Below, in pieces: positions 37,533 to 46,783 of a stretch of DNA of 64,000 nucleotides. The stretch spans positions 4,447 to 68,446 of the forward strand of contig JAEEKG010000096.1 of the NCBI GenBank assembly GCA_016282315.1, given 5' to 3'. Position numbers and translations under genes: made by a program. This DNA is from Clostridiales bacterium. Lineage in GTDB: Bacteria; Bacillota; Clostridia; Oscillospirales; CAG-272. How positions within the stretch are numbered: position 1 is the stretch's first letter; the number at the start of each line of letters is the position of its first letter. The notes under the pieces are model-generated. The model did not search any database. It was not told the origin of the DNA and saw nothing but the letters and a program-made list of their open reading frames with translations.

Positions 37533-38787
37533 AAAACATAACGAACCATTAATCCATCTGACCCGACGCGCATACATGTCTCCTTGGAAGGCACTAGGCA
37601 TACGTGGAATAGCCATTGTAGCTTCACTAATTGTCAGTGGTATAGTCGCTTTTATATTGATAGAGAAACTAAGTGCAAATCCCGAAAGAATTTTTGATTT
37701 TTATAAATGCTTTATAGACGGATCGTTCTCTTCCGAAGGAATGGCATGGAAGTTTTTTAAAAACGTTGCAATTCTGTTGTGTATAGCTTTGGCACTTACA
37801 CCTGCTTTCAGAATGAGATTCTGGAACATAGGCGCAGAAGGACAAGTTCTCATGGGAATGCTTGGAGCAATTGCCGTAGCAAAAGCAGGAGCTTCCCTTC
37901 CAAACTGGCTGGTTCTAATTTTAATGTTCCTGGCTGCAGTTTTATTCGGAATTGTATGGGCAGGAATCCCCGCATTATTTAAAGCTTTCTTTAACACAAA
38001 CGAAACATTGTTCACTCTGATGATGAACTATGTTGCCACATATTTTGTATCTTACATGCTTTTAGTATGGGTACCGAGTGGAAATGCGATGGGCATTGTC
38101 AATCAGGATACACATATCGGATGGCTTCCAACAGTCATTCACAACTATTTCCTGATCATTATGGCGGTACTCATTCTCACAGGTATATTGTTTGTTTACC
38201 TCAACTACACCAAGCACGGTTATGAAATATCTGTTGTAGGCGAGAGTAATAACACAGCAAGATACATAGGAATTAACGTTAAAAAAGTAATTCTCAGAAC
38301 AATGATACTTTCAGGAGCATTGTGCGGTGTGGCAGGCTTTTTGATGGCATCAGGACTTGACCATTCAATCACAAGCACATCTGTCAATGGACAGGGATTT
38401 ACAGCAATCATGGTATCATGGCTTGCAAACTTCAATCCACTTATAATGATAGCAACATCCGGACTGATAGTTTTCTTGGATATGGGCGGAAGCAAAATAT
38501 CTGAAGTATTTGATGTTCGTGGTGCAATGCCAAATATTATAATCGGTATCATTCTTTTCTTCATCATAGGATGTGAATTCTTCATACGCTACAAAATCAA
38601 TTTCCGCAAAAAAGAAACGGTTGCAACAAATAGTAATCCTGAACCAGTTCCGGTTCCGGTTACAGATAATCAGGAAGCTAACACCGAAGAATCTAATGAT
38701 GAAGATGAAATGCCTGAAATTGAATCAAGTGATGAAGAAACAAACGAAGAAACTGATGAAGAAACAAATAAAAAGGAGGACAATTAA
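37516..38787 (+). CDS. ABC transporter permease (NupP/RnsC-like) with an acidic C-terminal tail
   Basis: Polytopic BPD_transp_2-type protein. GGAGG lies 8 nt before ATG 37516; the track's GTG 37507 abuts the SD. Confidence 0.8.
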   Translation: MKVNNEKHNEPLIHLTRRAYMSPWKALGIRGIAIVASLIVSGIVAFILIEKLSANPERIFDFYKCFIDGSFSSEGMAWKFFKNVAILLCIALALTPAFRMRFWNIGAEGQVLMGMLGAIAVAKAGASLPNWLVLILMFLAAVLFGIVWAGIPALFKAFFNTNETLFTLMMNYVATYFVSYMLLVWVPSGNAMGIVNQDTHIGWLPTVIHNYFLIIMAVLILTGILFVYLNYTKHGYEISVVGESNNTARYIGINVKKVILRTMILSGALCGVAGFLMASGLDHSITSTSVNGQGFTAIMVSWLANFNPLIMIATSGLIVFLDMGGSKISEVFDVRGAMPNIIIGIILFFIIGCEFFIRYKINFRKKETVATNSNPEPVPVPVTDNQEANTEESNDEDEMPEIESSDEETNEETDEETNKKEDN

Positions 38788-38789
38788 TT

Positions 38790-39743
38790 ATGCCTGACTG
38801 GTTAAATATTTTAATTGACTCCATTGCATTCGGTGCAACATTCATGTTCGGCTCAACAGGCGAAATAATAACAGAAAAATCCGGACACTTAAACCTTGGT
38901 ATCCCTGGCATTATGTGTATGGGTGGTGCAGGTGGATGTCTTATGCTGAACTTGATAGGAACATCAAACATGCCCGGCATTCTGATTGTACTTCTTGGTA
39001 TAATCGCTTCATTTGCTTCAGCTGCTTTGATGGGACTGATATATAGTTTTCTTACAATCACTTTGAGATGTAACCAAAACGTAACCGGTCTTACACTTAC
39101 CACGTTTGGTACAGGTCTTATGATGACTCTTATGGCTAAGGCCTCACAGACCAAGTATTTGAATATTCCAAAAAAGTATTTCAGATTTCCTTTTGCTGAC
39201 AGAACAGATTCTCTCCAAAAACTTGGAATTATGTTCTTCTTAGTCATTGCAATCATAATTCTTGCATGGTTTATTCTTAACAAGACAAAAATGGGACTCA
39301 ATCTCAAGGCAGTTGGTGAAAATCCTGCAACAGCAGATGCAGCAGGTATCAATGTAATTAGATATAAATACCTTGCTACAACAATTGGCGCTGGTATTTC
39401 AGGTCTTGGTGGTCTTTACTATATTGTTGACTACTCTGCTTCAGGCGAAGCATACAAGAGCCTTGAAGCTTATGGATGGCTTTCTATAGCACTTGTTATA
39501 TTTGCCCTTTGGAGGCCTTTAAGAACAATAGCAGGTTCAATACTTTTTGGCGTGCTGTTCAGTTTCAGTTCATACGTCACATTGATTCCATTTATAGAAA
39601 CAACTCTCAAGACAAAACCGATTCTTCAAATGCTTCCATACATTGCAACAATAATCATATTGATTGTATCAAGCATTAAGAACAAAAAAGAAAATCAACC
39701 ACCATCTTCTCTGGGATTGTCTTACTTCCGTGAAGATAGGTAA
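38790..39743 (+). CDS. ABC transporter permease (NupQ/RnsD-like)
   Basis: Polytopic membrane protein, AGGAGG SD, adjacent to the first permease. Confidence 0.8.
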   Translation: MPDWLNILIDSIAFGATFMFGSTGEIITEKSGHLNLGIPGIMCMGGAGGCLMLNLIGTSNMPGILIVLLGIIASFASAALMGLIYSFLTITLRCNQNVTGLTLTTFGTGLMMTLMAKASQTKYLNIPKKYFRFPFADRTDSLQKLGIMFFLVIAIIILAWFILNKTKMGLNLKAVGENPATADAAGINVIRYKYLATTIGAGISGLGGLYYIVDYSASGEAYKSLEAYGWLSIALVIFALWRPLRTIAGSILFGVLFSFSSYVTLIPFIETTLKTKPILQMLPYIATIIILIVSSIKNKKENQPPSSLGLSYFREDR

Positions 39744-39767
39744 ATCTTATAGAATGACTATAAAAAC

Positions 39768-39792
39768 AGAGCTCGCACGATGTGCGAGCTCT
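39768..39792. terminator. hairpin terminator between convergent permease and purA genes
   Basis: AGAGCTCGCAC / GTGCGAGCTCT 11-bp stem. GTTTTTAT follows on the minus strand. Confidence 0.7.
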
Positions 39793-39818
39793 TTGCTATA
39801 TCAACATAAATCTGACTA

Positions 39819-41093
39819 TTACATTTCAAAATAATCTTCTCTTGAAGCGCCAACAGAAACATATTTAATTTTGCAGTCAGTCAATTTCTCAATATACTTA
39901 ATATATTTTTGAGCTTGAACCGGAAGTTCTTCAAAACTTCTGCATTTAGATATATCTGTTTTCCACCCATCAAAATACTCATATACAGGCTTTGCTTCAG
40001 CCAAAGCTTTTCCCTGTGGGAAAACATCTGTTTCAACACCGTCTACAAGATACTTGGTACAAATCGGTATTTTATCCAGATATGACAGAACGTCAAGTTT
40101 TGTAAGTGCTATACAATCCTTAGCACCTTGGAGCAAAATACCGTACTTTGAAGCAGGAACGTCAAATCCACCCACTCTTCTTGGTCTACCTGTTGCAGCA
40201 CCATATTCTCCGCCTGCTTCTCTGAGTTCATCGCCCTCTTTTCCGAAAAGCTCGCAGGTAAATGGTCCTTCACCAACACAGCTGGAGTATGCTTTCATTA
40301 TTCCCACTGAGCAATCCAGTTTTCTTCCGGGCACGCCTGCTCCGATAGGAGCATAAGCAGCAAGAACTGTTGAAGAAGATGTATATGGATAAATACCGAA
40401 ATCTATATCTCTTAATGCACCAAGCTGAGCTTCGAACATTACAGATTTTCCTTCATCTATTGCATGGTTGAGATAATATGTAGTATCGCAAACAAAGTCT
40501 TTGAAGAATGTGCCATATTTAACAAGCCAAGAATACATATCTTCAAGTTTAACAGGATCTTTTCCATATCCATTAGCTATGGTAAGATTTTTCCATTCAA
40601 GAATGTCAGCCAATTTTTCCTTAGCTGTTTCAAGGTCTAGTAAATCATGCATTCTCAATGTTTTTTTATAGTATTTATCTGCATATACAGGAGCAATACC
40701 TCTTCTTGTTGATCCAAACTTTTTGTCTGCCAATCTTTCTTCTTCCAGGATATCCAGTTGTTTGTGATAAGGCATACAAATTGTAGCTCTGTCGGATATC
40801 TTAAGATTGTCTGGAGTAATTTTGATTCCAGCATCAGTTAAATTCTTGATTTCGTTATAAAGATGCTCTATATCGATAACCATTCCGGTTCCCATTACGT
40901 TAACGGTTGTATCTCTTAAAATGCCGGAAGGAAGTAAGTTCAAAATAAACTTTCCCTTTTCATTCACAACTGTATGACCTGCATTATTTCCGCCTTGATA
41001 TCTGGAAACGATATCATATTTTTCACTCAGAAGGTCAACCATTCTACCTTTGCCTTCATCACCCCAGTTAATTCCTACTATAGCAGTCAGCAT
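39819..41093 (-). CDS. purA: adenylosuccinate synthetase
   Basis: GINWGDEGKGRMVD, GGNNAGHT, GTTRRGIAP-like motif (GSTRRGIAP). Confidence 0.95.
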   Translation of the reverse strand: MLTAIVGINWGDEGKGRMVDLLSEKYDIVSRYQGGNNAGHTVVNEKGKFILNLLPSGILRDTTVNVMGTGMVIDIEHLYNEIKNLTDAGIKITPDNLKISDRATICMPYHKQLDILEEERLADKKFGSTRRGIAPVYADKYYKKTLRMHDLLDLETAKEKLADILEWKNLTIANGYGKDPVKLEDMYSWLVKYGTFFKDFVCDTTYYLNHAIDEGKSVMFEAQLGALRDIDFGIYPYTSSSTVLAAYAPIGAGVPGRKLDCSVGIMKAYSSCVGEGPFTCELFGKEGDELREAGGEYGAATGRPRRVGGFDVPASKYGILLQGAKDCIALTKLDVLSYLDKIPICTKYLVDGVETDVFPQGKALAEAKPVYEYFDGWKTDISKCRSFEELPVQAQKYIKYIEKLTDCKIKYVSVGASREDYFEM

Positions 41094-41106
41094 TGTTATT
41101 TCCTCC

Positions 41107-42543
41107 TCATACTGCGATATTTACATCAATACCAATCAGTTCTTTATATTTGCTGAGCAATGGCTTTATTACATCGCCCAGATACTCTTCAGTTTGCTCT
41201 TTAGCTCTTCCGATAAATTGTTCAGGCTTGATCAACTCATCAAGTTCTTCTTTTGTCAAATTGAATTCAGGAGTGTTTTCAATTTTCTCAAGCAAGTTGT
41301 TTTTGCAGCCTGTCATCTTCATTTCTTTGGCAGTTTCTACACTGAGCTGTCTTATAAGCTCATGCAGAGCCTGTCTGTCGCCGCCCTTTTTGACGCAATA
41401 CATCAAAATATTTTCTGTTGCCATAAAAGGCAATTCTTCATCGAGATGTTTTTTAATTATGTTCGGATATACAGTCATACCGGACACAACATTGATGTAC
41501 AGAGACAATATAGCATCTGTAGCTAAGAAAGCTTCCGGAATAGATATTCTCTTGTTCGCTGAATCATCAAGTGTTCTTTCAAACCATTGTGCACTAGCAG
41601 TAATAGCCGGATTTAAAGCATCAACAATTACATATCTTGAAAGCGAAGCAATTCTCTCACTTCTCATCGGATTTCTCTTATATGCCATAGCTGAAGATCC
41701 TATTTGATCTTTCTCAAATGGTTCATCAACTTCTTTTAAATGAGACATCAGACGAATATCATTGGAAAACTTAGTAGCGCTTTGTGCAATACCGGATAAT
41801 ACAGTTGCTACATCAAAGTCTATTTTTCTTGAATAGGTCTGTCCCGAGACAGGAACACACTCTTCAAATGACATTTTCTGGGCTATCAACTTTTCGAGTT
41901 TTTTAACTTTATCATGATCTCCGTCAAACAACTTCAAAAAGCTTGCAGAAGTTCCTGTTGTTCCCTTGCATCCAAGCAATTTTAGTCTGGACATTTGAAA
42001 TTCAAGATTGCCAAGGTCCATTACAAGATCATTTAACCAAAGTGTAGCTCTCTTGCCTATTGTCGTTGGCTGTGCAGCTTGAAAATGTGTATAAGCTAAT
42101 GAAGGCAATTCTTTATACCTTTCAGCAAATTCAGAAACAGCATTTATACAGTTAACCAATAGTTTTTCAATCTGCTCCAAAGCCTTTTTCATAAGGATGA
42201 TATCTGTATTGTCACCAACATAACAAGATGTTGCACCCAAATGAATTATTCCTTTAGCCTTTGGACATTGATCACCATATGCTTTGACATGAGCCATGAC
42301 GTCATGTCTGACTTCAGATTCGTATTCCGCTGCTTTAACATAGTCAATATCATAGACATGATTCTTCATCTCTTCGATTTGTTCATCAGTGATATTAAGA
42401 CCAAGTTCTTTCTCGCTCTCAGCTAAAGCAATCCATAGTTTTCTCCAAGTTGAGAATTTCTCATCCGGTGAAAAAATAGATTTCATTTCCTTGCTTGAAT
42501 ATCTTGAGCATAACGGAGTTTCGTAAATATTTTTCATAAACAC
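41107..42543 (-). CDS. purB: adenylosuccinate lyase
   Basis: Fumarate-lyase signature GSSAMAYKRNP and PurB-type N-terminus. Confidence 0.95.
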   Translation of the reverse strand: MFMKNIYETPLCSRYSSKEMKSIFSPDEKFSTWRKLWIALAESEKELGLNITDEQIEEMKNHVYDIDYVKAAEYESEVRHDVMAHVKAYGDQCPKAKGIIHLGATSCYVGDNTDIILMKKALEQIEKLLVNCINAVSEFAERYKELPSLAYTHFQAAQPTTIGKRATLWLNDLVMDLGNLEFQMSRLKLLGCKGTTGTSASFLKLFDGDHDKVKKLEKLIAQKMSFEECVPVSGQTYSRKIDFDVATVLSGIAQSATKFSNDIRLMSHLKEVDEPFEKDQIGSSAMAYKRNPMRSERIASLSRYVIVDALNPAITASAQWFERTLDDSANKRISIPEAFLATDAILSLYINVVSGMTVYPNIIKKHLDEELPFMATENILMYCVKKGGDRQALHELIRQLSVETAKEMKMTGCKNNLLEKIENTPEFNLTKEELDELIKPEQFIGRAKEQTEEYLGDVIKPLLSKYKELIGIDVNIAV

Positions 42544-42659
42544 CTACCGAGATTATCTATTGCAAAAACTGCTAGATTCTAACCTCATATATTGTACTTT
42601 ATTTAATTATTGTTTTCAATTTAATATGCAGATAGCATTAAAACATTTTGAACAATTAC

Positions 42660-44186
42660 TTATTCCCACTCAATTGTAGCCGGAGGTTTTGATGTAATGT
42701 CGTAAACCACCCTTCCGACCTCTTTCACTTCATTTGTAATTCTTTGAGAAATTCTGGATAAAAGGTCATAAGAAAGCTTTGCATATTCGCATGTCATAAA
42801 GTCAGATGTAACTACTGCTCTGACAGCTAGAGTATATCCGTAAGTTCTGAAGTCACCTACAACACCTACAGATCTGGAATTTGTCAGAACTGCAAAGTAT
42901 TGGTCCGCCTTTTCCCCTGACTTTTTGATTTCTTCTCTGACAATGACATCTGCTCTTTGCAGTATGTCTATTTTTTCCCTAGTAACTTCTCCGATTATTC
43001 TGATTGCCAAACCCGGACCCGGAAATGGCTGTCTGTGTACTACTTCATCAGGAAGGCCTAGTATTTCCCCGACTTTTCTTACTTCATCCTTAAAAAGCCC
43101 TGATAATGGCTCTATAACGCCTTCAAATCTTAAGGAACTGGGCAATCCGCCAACATTGTGGTGACTCTTTATAACCGCAGACTTGTTTTTTCCTGATTCT
43201 ACTACATCTGGATAAATAGTTCCCTGAGCCAAGTACTCTATGTTTCCGAGTTTTAATGCCTCATCTTCAAATACTTTAGCAAACTCAGCTCCTATGAGTT
43301 TTCTTTTTGTCTCAGGATCACTTACTCCTTCTATTTTTTCCAAGAATCTGGAACTTGCATCAACAGGAATAAAGTTTATACTCCTGTTTTCAAATGTCTT
43401 TTTCAAATGGGCGGTTTCATCTTTTCTCATGAAGCCATGGTCAATATATAGACAATACAGTTGACCCGGAATCGCTTTTGCCAATAACGCTGCGCAAACA
43501 GATGAGTCCACTCCACCGGAAAAGCCCAATAATACGCGCTTATTCCCAACAGTCTTTCTAATGGATTCTACTTGAGAATTAATATAGTCATCCATGGAAT
43601 AATCGCCTGAAGCTTTGCTTATGTTGTACAGAAAATTACGTATAATCTCTTTTCCATTCAAAGTTATCTCCACTTCTGGATGGAATTGAACGCCATATAC
43701 CTTTTTTTCTTCATTTCCATATGCAGCTATTGGACAATCTTTAGTATGTGCTAGTAGTTTAAAGCCTGATGGAAGAATGGTAATCCGATCCGTATGACTC
43801 ATTAACACTTGTTGTTCTTTATCTAATCCTTTAAATAAATCATTGTCCGTATCAACAAAGCATTCAGTCTCACCATATTCGCTGGTGTCACACTTTTCAA
43901 CTTTGCCGCCCAATAATTGAGCAATAAGCTGAGCTCCGTAACATATACCAAGCAAAGGTATATTCAAATCAAATACTCTTCTGTCACACTTAGGTGAATC
44001 TTCAAGATAAACACTATTTGGTCCACCTGTAAAAATGATACAAATAGGATTTATTTGTTTTATTTCTTCAATAGTTATATCACTCGGTTTAATTATTGAC
44101 AAAACATTGCATTCTCTGACTGTACGACAAATCAATTCCTTGTATTGTCCGCCGAAGTCAAGTACCAAAGCTATTTGATTCTGCAT
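42660..44186 (-). CDS. guaA: GMP synthase (glutamine-hydrolysing)
   Basis: GATase LGICYGAQL, PP-loop SGGVDSSV, C-terminal PPATIEWE. Confidence 0.95.
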   Translation of the reverse strand: MQNQIALVLDFGGQYKELICRTVRECNVLSIIKPSDITIEEIKQINPICIIFTGGPNSVYLEDSPKCDRRVFDLNIPLLGICYGAQLIAQLLGGKVEKCDTSEYGETECFVDTDNDLFKGLDKEQQVLMSHTDRITILPSGFKLLAHTKDCPIAAYGNEEKKVYGVQFHPEVEITLNGKEIIRNFLYNISKASGDYSMDDYINSQVESIRKTVGNKRVLLGFSGGVDSSVCAALLAKAIPGQLYCLYIDHGFMRKDETAHLKKTFENRSINFIPVDASSRFLEKIEGVSDPETKRKLIGAEFAKVFEDEALKLGNIEYLAQGTIYPDVVESGKNKSAVIKSHHNVGGLPSSLRFEGVIEPLSGLFKDEVRKVGEILGLPDEVVHRQPFPGPGLAIRIIGEVTREKIDILQRADVIVREEIKKSGEKADQYFAVLTNSRSVGVVGDFRTYGYTLAVRAVVTSDFMTCEYAKLSYDLLSRISQRITNEVKEVGRVVYDITSKPPATIEWE

Positions 44187-44208
44187 AATCTCTCCTTATC
44201 ATATTCAA

Positions 44209-45123
44209 TTAGAATTTTACCCTGTCGTGATTGAATTCTCCCGGTTTCATATCAAGTTCATCTTTTTCATACATATAAAGTTGTGAGTCAAGCATATCCA
44301 ACTCGCTGACAATGTATGCTTCCTGAGTCTTCGGAACTTCTATCGCTCCAAATTCTTTTTTGCCATGGTGCGAAGCAATTATATGCATCAAATGTTTTAG
44401 AATTGATTCATCAACTCCAAGTTCGTACCCACATCTCTCAACAACTGATGTTCCCAAATATATATGCCCAAAAAGAACTCCATCTTTTGTATATTCTCCG
44501 TAACCACCATCAGTAGGAACCATTTCCCAAAGTTTTCCTATGTCATGAAGAGCTACTCCTGCCACAACCAATTCCGCATTAACATTTTTATATGCTTTTA
44601 CAGAGATCTCAGCGGATTTGACCATTCTATATGTGTGGTACAAAAGACCGCCTTTTATGTTGTGGTGCATTTTTTGCGCTGCAGGCCAAATAAGTAATTT
44701 GTCTTTATTATCTTCATATAGTTTTAAGCCAATTCGTTTAAGCGAATCGTTCTTCATGGAGTTAAACATGTTAACTATGTAGTTATACATATCTTCAGAT
44801 GGAATAGGAGCCGACGGTATAAAATCTTCAAATTTTACTCCGTCATTCATTGTGGTTTCACGAATTGTAGTTGCTACAAAACTAAGCTGCCCATTATACA
44901 TACTGCCTTCAACATGTAAGCAAGCCAGTGTTCCCTGGTATTTTGAAATCTCTTCACCAGTCTTGTTCCACATTTTGACTTGAATATCGTTTTTACCATC
45001 AGAAATAGTAAGCACGACATATTTACTGCCATTTTTTGATTCCCTTTCGGATACTTCCTTAACTATAGCAAAAAGGTTGTCATTTGTAACGATGCCATCT
45101 TTAAAATCTTTAACGCTGATCAC
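44209..45123 (-). CDS. YhaM-family 3'-5' exoribonuclease-like protein (OB-fold + HD domain)
   Basis: N-terminal OB-fold segment and HD motifs (HHNIKGGLLYHT, ALHDIGK). Confidence 0.7.
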   Translation of the reverse strand: MISVKDFKDGIVTNDNLFAIVKEVSERESKNGSKYVVLTISDGKNDIQVKMWNKTGEEISKYQGTLACLHVEGSMYNGQLSFVATTIRETTMNDGVKFEDFIPSAPIPSEDMYNYIVNMFNSMKNDSLKRIGLKLYEDNKDKLLIWPAAQKMHHNIKGGLLYHTYRMVKSAEISVKAYKNVNAELVVAGVALHDIGKLWEMVPTDGGYGEYTKDGVLFGHIYLGTSVVERCGYELGVDESILKHLMHIIASHHGKKEFGAIEVPKTQEAYIVSELDMLDSQLYMYEKDELDMKPGEFNHDRVKF

Positions 45124-45201
45124 AATAATAACTCCTTCAAAAATATATTATTATTATATATTAAATATATAGTATATAAAAGACTAAAAACATATTTTTG
45201 C

Positions 45202-45235
45202 AAAAAAATTGGCGGCTTCAAATGAAGCCGCCAAT
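45202..45235 (-). terminator. rho-independent terminator of the LamG lipoprotein gene
   Basis: Minus strand ATTGGCGGCTTCA / TGAAGCCGCCAAT 13-bp stem followed by TTTTTTT. Confidence 0.85.
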
Positions 45236-45258
45236 CTTATTAAGCATTAATCAAATTA

Positions 45259-46647
45259 TTAACCACCAACAACTGCTGCTTTGTCAAGTTCATAAGCGAG
45301 CTTAACTTCATCAGCTGTGAGAGCATGGTCATAAATCTTTGCATCGATCAACTGGAAGTCAGCTGTTCTGAATTCAAGATATTCATCACCATGGAGATTC
45401 TTCATATTCTTATCGCCGTCGATATCAGCGCCGATAATCATATTCTTCATTGTGTTATCTGTGTTTGGAGGGCAAACATCAAGTGTTCCATCGAATTTTG
45501 TTTCAGCATCAAGAACACCATTTACGTAGATCTTCATAACGCCTTCTGTTTTGCTGAATGTAGCAACTACGTGTGTAAGTTCTGTGTTAGATGATGTGCT
45601 TGTAGCATAAACTGATGAATAAGCGTTCTTTCCACCTGAAAGTAAACCAATGATGAAATATGGCTTGCCTGCGTTTTCAGCAATGCCCCAACCGCCGAAT
45701 TCTGTTGAACAGAAGATAGCCTGAACTGAGTCACCGCCTGATGTGTTGTTGTTGAAATAGTATACTTCACATGTGAAATCTTTGTTAAAGAGTGTAGCGT
45801 AATCAGCTGCAGATTTAACTGACGGGAATGTTCCGATTGCACACATACCAACTTCGTAGCAAACGAATGCAGGAACTTTGTGTTTTTCGCCATCAACTTT
45901 TACTGAGTAGCTCTTCTCAACGAACTCATTAACTGAAGTTGGGAATGTAAGAAGACCCTTTGTATCAGTGATCTTGCCACCTGTGAAATCAACATCACAA
46001 ATAATGCCTTCGAGTCCAACAACTGCAGCTTTTGTAATTACAACTGTGCATCCTGCATCAAACTCAATTGTGCCTTTGTAATTCTTGATTGTACCAGTAA
46101 CTTTTACTGTGTCACCAACTTTGATTGATTCTGCTTCATCACCTTTAGCTCTGTAAGCATCAATCTTTCTTGCTTCGTCTCCATTGACAACGATTGTCAA
46201 TGTTACGTTCTTGTACTGTGCGCTATATACTGTAGGAATAGCTGTAACAACACCTTCAAGTGTGAATGTGCCGCTAAGGCTCTGACCATCAGCAAGTGCA
46301 TAAGCTGCTGTCAAAATAGCATTTGGATCGTTAGGATCAATTACTACTTCTTCAGTTGTTGTAACTTCTTCTGTTGTAGTTACTTCTTCAGTTGTTGTAA
46401 CTTCTTCAGTTGTTGTAACTTCTTCAGTTGTTACTTTTTCTGTTGTAGCTTTTTCTGTTGTAGTTACTTTTTCTGTTACTGTAGTAGCTTCTGTTGTAGC
46501 TTTTTCAGTAGTAACTTCTGTTGTAGTTGTCTTAGCTGTTGTTTCTGTTCCGTCAGCAACTGTTGTTGTCTGTGATTCTTTTCCGCCACAAGCAACGAGT
46601 GCAACTACCATAATAGCAACTAACAAGAATGCTAAAATCTTTTTCAT
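45259..46647 (-). CDS. surface lipoprotein: Thr/Glu-rich repeat stalk, OB-like segment and C-terminal LamG/concanavalin-type domain
   Basis: Lipobox LVAC. aa 27-101 are T/E/V/K repeats. KVTGTIKNYKGTIEF is OB-like. The C-terminal IYVNGVL...ADFQLIDAKIYDHALTADEV is typical of Laminin_G_3 domains. Confidence 0.65.
   Translation of the reverse strand: MKKILAFLLVAIMVVALVACGGKESQTTTVADGTETTAKTTTTEVTTEKATTEATTVTEKVTTTEKATTEKVTTEEVTTTEEVTTTEEVTTTEEVTTTEEVVIDPNDPNAILTAAYALADGQSLSGTFTLEGVVTAIPTVYSAQYKNVTLTIVVNGDEARKIDAYRAKGDEAESIKVGDTVKVTGTIKNYKGTIEFDAGCTVVITKAAVVGLEGIICDVDFTGGKITDTKGLLTFPTSVNEFVEKSYSVKVDGEKHKVPAFVCYEVGMCAIGTFPSVKSAADYATLFNKDFTCEVYYFNNNTSGGDSVQAIFCSTEFGGWGIAENAGKPYFIIGLLSGGKNAYSSVYATSTSSNTELTHVVATFSKTEGVMKIYVNGVLDAETKFDGTLDVCPPNTDNTMKNMIIGADIDGDKNMKNLHGDEYLEFRTADFQLIDAKIYDHALTADEVKLAYELDKAAVVGG
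46345..46569 (-). repeat. in-frame tandem repeats encoding the Thr/Glu stalk (four near-perfect 18-nt units encoding EEVTTT, plus degenerate units)
   Basis: ACTTCTTCAGTTGTTGTA-type 18-nt units are visible at about 46345-46431, with degenerate copies up to 46569. Confidence 0.85.
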
Positions 46648-46665
46648 TAAATCATTCCTCCATAA

Positions 46666-46685
46666 AAAATTTTCATGAAAATTTT
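46666..46685. promoter_or_regulatory. perfect 20-bp palindrome in the 5' UTR of the LamG lipoprotein gene (candidate operator)
   Basis: AAAATTTTCATGAAAATTTT is its own reverse complement. It lies between the predicted -10 and the SD. Confidence 0.4.
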
Positions 46686-46710
46686 CCCATTTCTCCTGGA
46701 AACAATATAT

Positions 46711-46738
46711 ATTATATCACACATGTGATTAATATCAA
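46711..46738 (-). promoter_or_regulatory. sigma-A type promoter for the LamG lipoprotein gene
   Basis: Minus strand TTGATA, 16-nt spacer, TGaTATAAT extended -10. Confidence 0.55.
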
Positions 46739-46783
46739 GTGATAGTTTTAATTAAATGAAATACTATCCCGAATCAAAATAAA

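Noticed and set aside
38693-39352. 219-aa minus-strand ORF across the two ABC permease genes, plus similar antisense ORFs throughout the track (for example 530-781, 18773-19246, 30898-31320, 34631-35206, 41050-41707, 59560-59964, 60564-60956).
   Set aside because: Each lies wholly inside a longer opposite-strand gene with clear family motifs. They have no SD and no recognisable domains.
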